64,000 nucleotides of DNA. Origin: a virus (taxonomy: Duplodnaviria > Caudoviricetes). The position numbers and the translations under genes were made by a program. Below are positions 62,321 through 64,000 of the stretch, in pieces (within the stretch, counting starts at the first letter, position 1; each line of letters starts with the position of its first letter). Below the pieces are notes generated by a model. It made no database searches. It was not told the origin of the DNA and was given only the letters and a program-made list of their open reading frames with translations. The stretch is from the IMG/VR virus record IMGVR_UViG_3300024262_000013. One strand, written 5' to 3'.

Positions 62321-63958
62321 ATGGCGGCACTATCAGGAAATCAATGTACAATAATAACCATAATACCGATGGAGGTAGAATGTAACGTCACTAATGCTTC
62401 AACACCTACATCATCTGATGGTATTGCTCAAGTTCAGGTATTTGGTGGTACCCCACCTTATTCGATTACATGGACTAACGGTATTACTTCGCAACAGGGA
62501 GATACATTGAGTAATTTATTACCTGGTACTTACTCCGCAACTGTCGTTGACTATTTTGGGGATTATAGTATCACTACCGAATGTGTGGTTGGAAGTGCAA
62601 GTGGAGTAATATATCAATTTGATTCGTGTGTTGGATTTGCAGCTCAAACGATATATGTTTCAGGTAGTACATATGCGCCACCATTCCCTAATGTTAAACC
62701 TATCATTAAATTTAATGAAATTGTAGATTGTTGGGAATTTATCGGACCAATTAGTAGTCTTGGTTTAACGTATTCAGCACTTACAGTTTCTAATTCATAC
62801 GGTAATTGTAGTAGTTGTAATCCACCAACCCCAACACCGTTACCGCAAGACACACTATGTTTAACCGGTATAAATACTAACCCCGCATTATCTCAACAAT
62901 ATGAATTCACTGCAAATGGTACGGACAGTAATGGTAACTATCAATGGGTTGATAGTGCTAATGGTCTTACAATGTCATATAATATTAGTAGTGGGAGATG
63001 GGAAGTATTAACATGGACATCTATTGGTGGTAATATAGGTAATATGGTTCTAACTCAGAGCCCACCGACATCCCAACCTTTAGGTACGTGGACCAATAAT
63101 GGTGGTAACCCTAAATTCACATGGAATGTTGCGGTTGGACCTTGTACTGGTCCCCCACTTTCTTTAACTACGTCAGTAAGTAACCCTAATTGTGAAGGTT
63201 CTAATGGTAGTATCCTAATGACCGCATCCCAAGGAGTACCACCATACACATATAGTATACAAGGTGTAACACCAACTCAATCCTCAGGACAGTTTACAGG
63301 TATTGTACCAGGTTCTTACGTTGGTTTAGTGACTGATAGTGATACCCCACCAAATACTACGACAGATACCATTATAATTAATAATGGGTTACCATCGATA
63401 ACACATACTTTATTTGTGACTAAATCTAATGAGGTAATATCTAATCAAGCGAGTAACCTACAAGTGGTGACATATGATTATTCAGTTACTGTTAGTCCGG
63501 CATTACCTAATAATGTTTCATTAACATTTGATTTGAATTTTACACATATAGAAACAAGAACAAACTCAACATCTCAAGGACAAATAACGTTCTTCGATTT
63601 AATAACAGGTAATTTAAATGGGTCCCCATTAACATTTACATCAACATCACCTACAACATTAAATGGTAATCCATCACCAAATTGTCCATCACCTAATACT
63701 GTACTAATAGATACGTTTACTACAACAACGGCAATATCACTCACTAACACAACAACCTTAACGGGTACTGTTACTTCAAGTACAGATTTAAACTTCTTAC
63801 CGGCTGGTAGTTGTGCATGTCCAATCGAAGCGACAAATAAAATTAATGTTCAAGCGAATAATATAGTTATTTCTGGAGGAAATTGTAATTCTGTAGTTAA
63901 TAATTCGAACACAGAGAGTGGAGAATCCTTTCAATCGGGATGTTATCCTCTTTTGTAG
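62321..63958 (+). CDS. SprB-repeat, Cys-rich putative virion protein
   Basis: VFGGTPPYSITWTNG...LLPGTYSATVVD and QGVPPYTYSIQG...PGSYVGLVTD repeats plus a YGNCSSC module. Confidence 0.7.
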   Translation: MAALSGNQCTIITIIPMEVECNVTNASTPTSSDGIAQVQVFGGTPPYSITWTNGITSQQGDTLSNLLPGTYSATVVDYFGDYSITTECVVGSASGVIYQFDSCVGFAAQTIYVSGSTYAPPFPNVKPIIKFNEIVDCWEFIGPISSLGLTYSALTVSNSYGNCSSCNPPTPTPLPQDTLCLTGINTNPALSQQYEFTANGTDSNGNYQWVDSANGLTMSYNISSGRWEVLTWTSIGGNIGNMVLTQSPPTSQPLGTWTNNGGNPKFTWNVAVGPCTGPPLSLTTSVSNPNCEGSNGSILMTASQGVPPYTYSIQGVTPTQSSGQFTGIVPGSYVGLVTDSDTPPNTTTDTIIINNGLPSITHTLFVTKSNEVISNQASNLQVVTYDYSVTVSPALPNNVSLTFDLNFTHIETRTNSTSQGQITFFDLITGNLNGSPLTFTSTSPTTLNGNPSPNCPSPNTVLIDTFTTTTAISLTNTTTLTGTVTSSTDLNFLPAGSCACPIEATNKINVQANNIVISGGNCNSVVNNSNTESGESFQSGCYPLL

Positions 63959-63991
63959 TATAAAAAATTAAAAAAAATTAGAGAATAAAAC

Positions 63992-63999
63992 TATTTATA
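63992..63999 (+). promoter_or_regulatory. TATTTATA motif
   Basis: Intergenic at the window end, presumably for the next gene outside the window. Confidence 0.4.
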
Positions 64000-64000
64000 A

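Noticed and set aside
1-64000. Stop-codon reassignment as seen in some jumbo phages
   Set aside because: Long ORFs tile the window under the standard code, and TAG (40365, 63958) and TGA (14137, 52192) end genes at sensible boundaries.
1-64000. tRNA, rRNA, integrase or transposase genes
   Set aside because: Intergenic gaps are short (under ~140 bp) and I saw no cloverleaf, rRNA or recombinase/transposase motifs by eye. A tRNAscan/Infernal run would be needed to exclude them formally.

Overview
This window is a gene-dense, AT-rich piece of a large contractile-tailed (myovirus-like, probably jumbo) bacteriophage genome. Almost all genes are on the + strand and the standard genetic code is used. 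Layout: (1) 1-10.1 kb, baseplate genes (tube-initiator-like protein with an OmpA-like insert, LysM/tail-X-like protein, 2.2-kaa hub). (2) 10.2-19.0 kb, replication/recombination block (gp32-like SSB, RecA/UvsX, 5'-3' exonuclease, DnaB, class Id-like RNR with an ATP cone on the beta subunit). (3) 19.1-48.1 kb, baseplate wedge genes (gp25, gp6/J, gp7/I-like), large adhesin-like and Thr/Pro-repeat proteins, and three fibre-like genes. (4) 48.5-55.1 kb, a five-gene glycan cassette: GT60-like GlcNAc-transferase, NodU/CmcH carbamoyltransferase, HtrL/YibB-like GT, SAM methyltransferase, and an FkbM-HtrL-GT2 fusion. (5) 55.2-64 kb, more Thr/Pro mucin-like, Cys-rich and SprB-repeat proteins, one starting with a Hint domain. 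The RNR type, SprB repeats and lack of Shine-Dalgarno motifs suggest a Bacteroidota host (inference). The leading candidate for an undescribed system is a phage-encoded mucin-type O-glycosylation pathway: a polypeptide O-GlcNAc-transferase-like enzyme plus extending and capping enzymes sits between genes encoding ~670-690-residue PT/PTVT stalks, which would give the virion a carbamoylated/methylated glycan coat. All family calls come from motif recognition by eye, not database searches.
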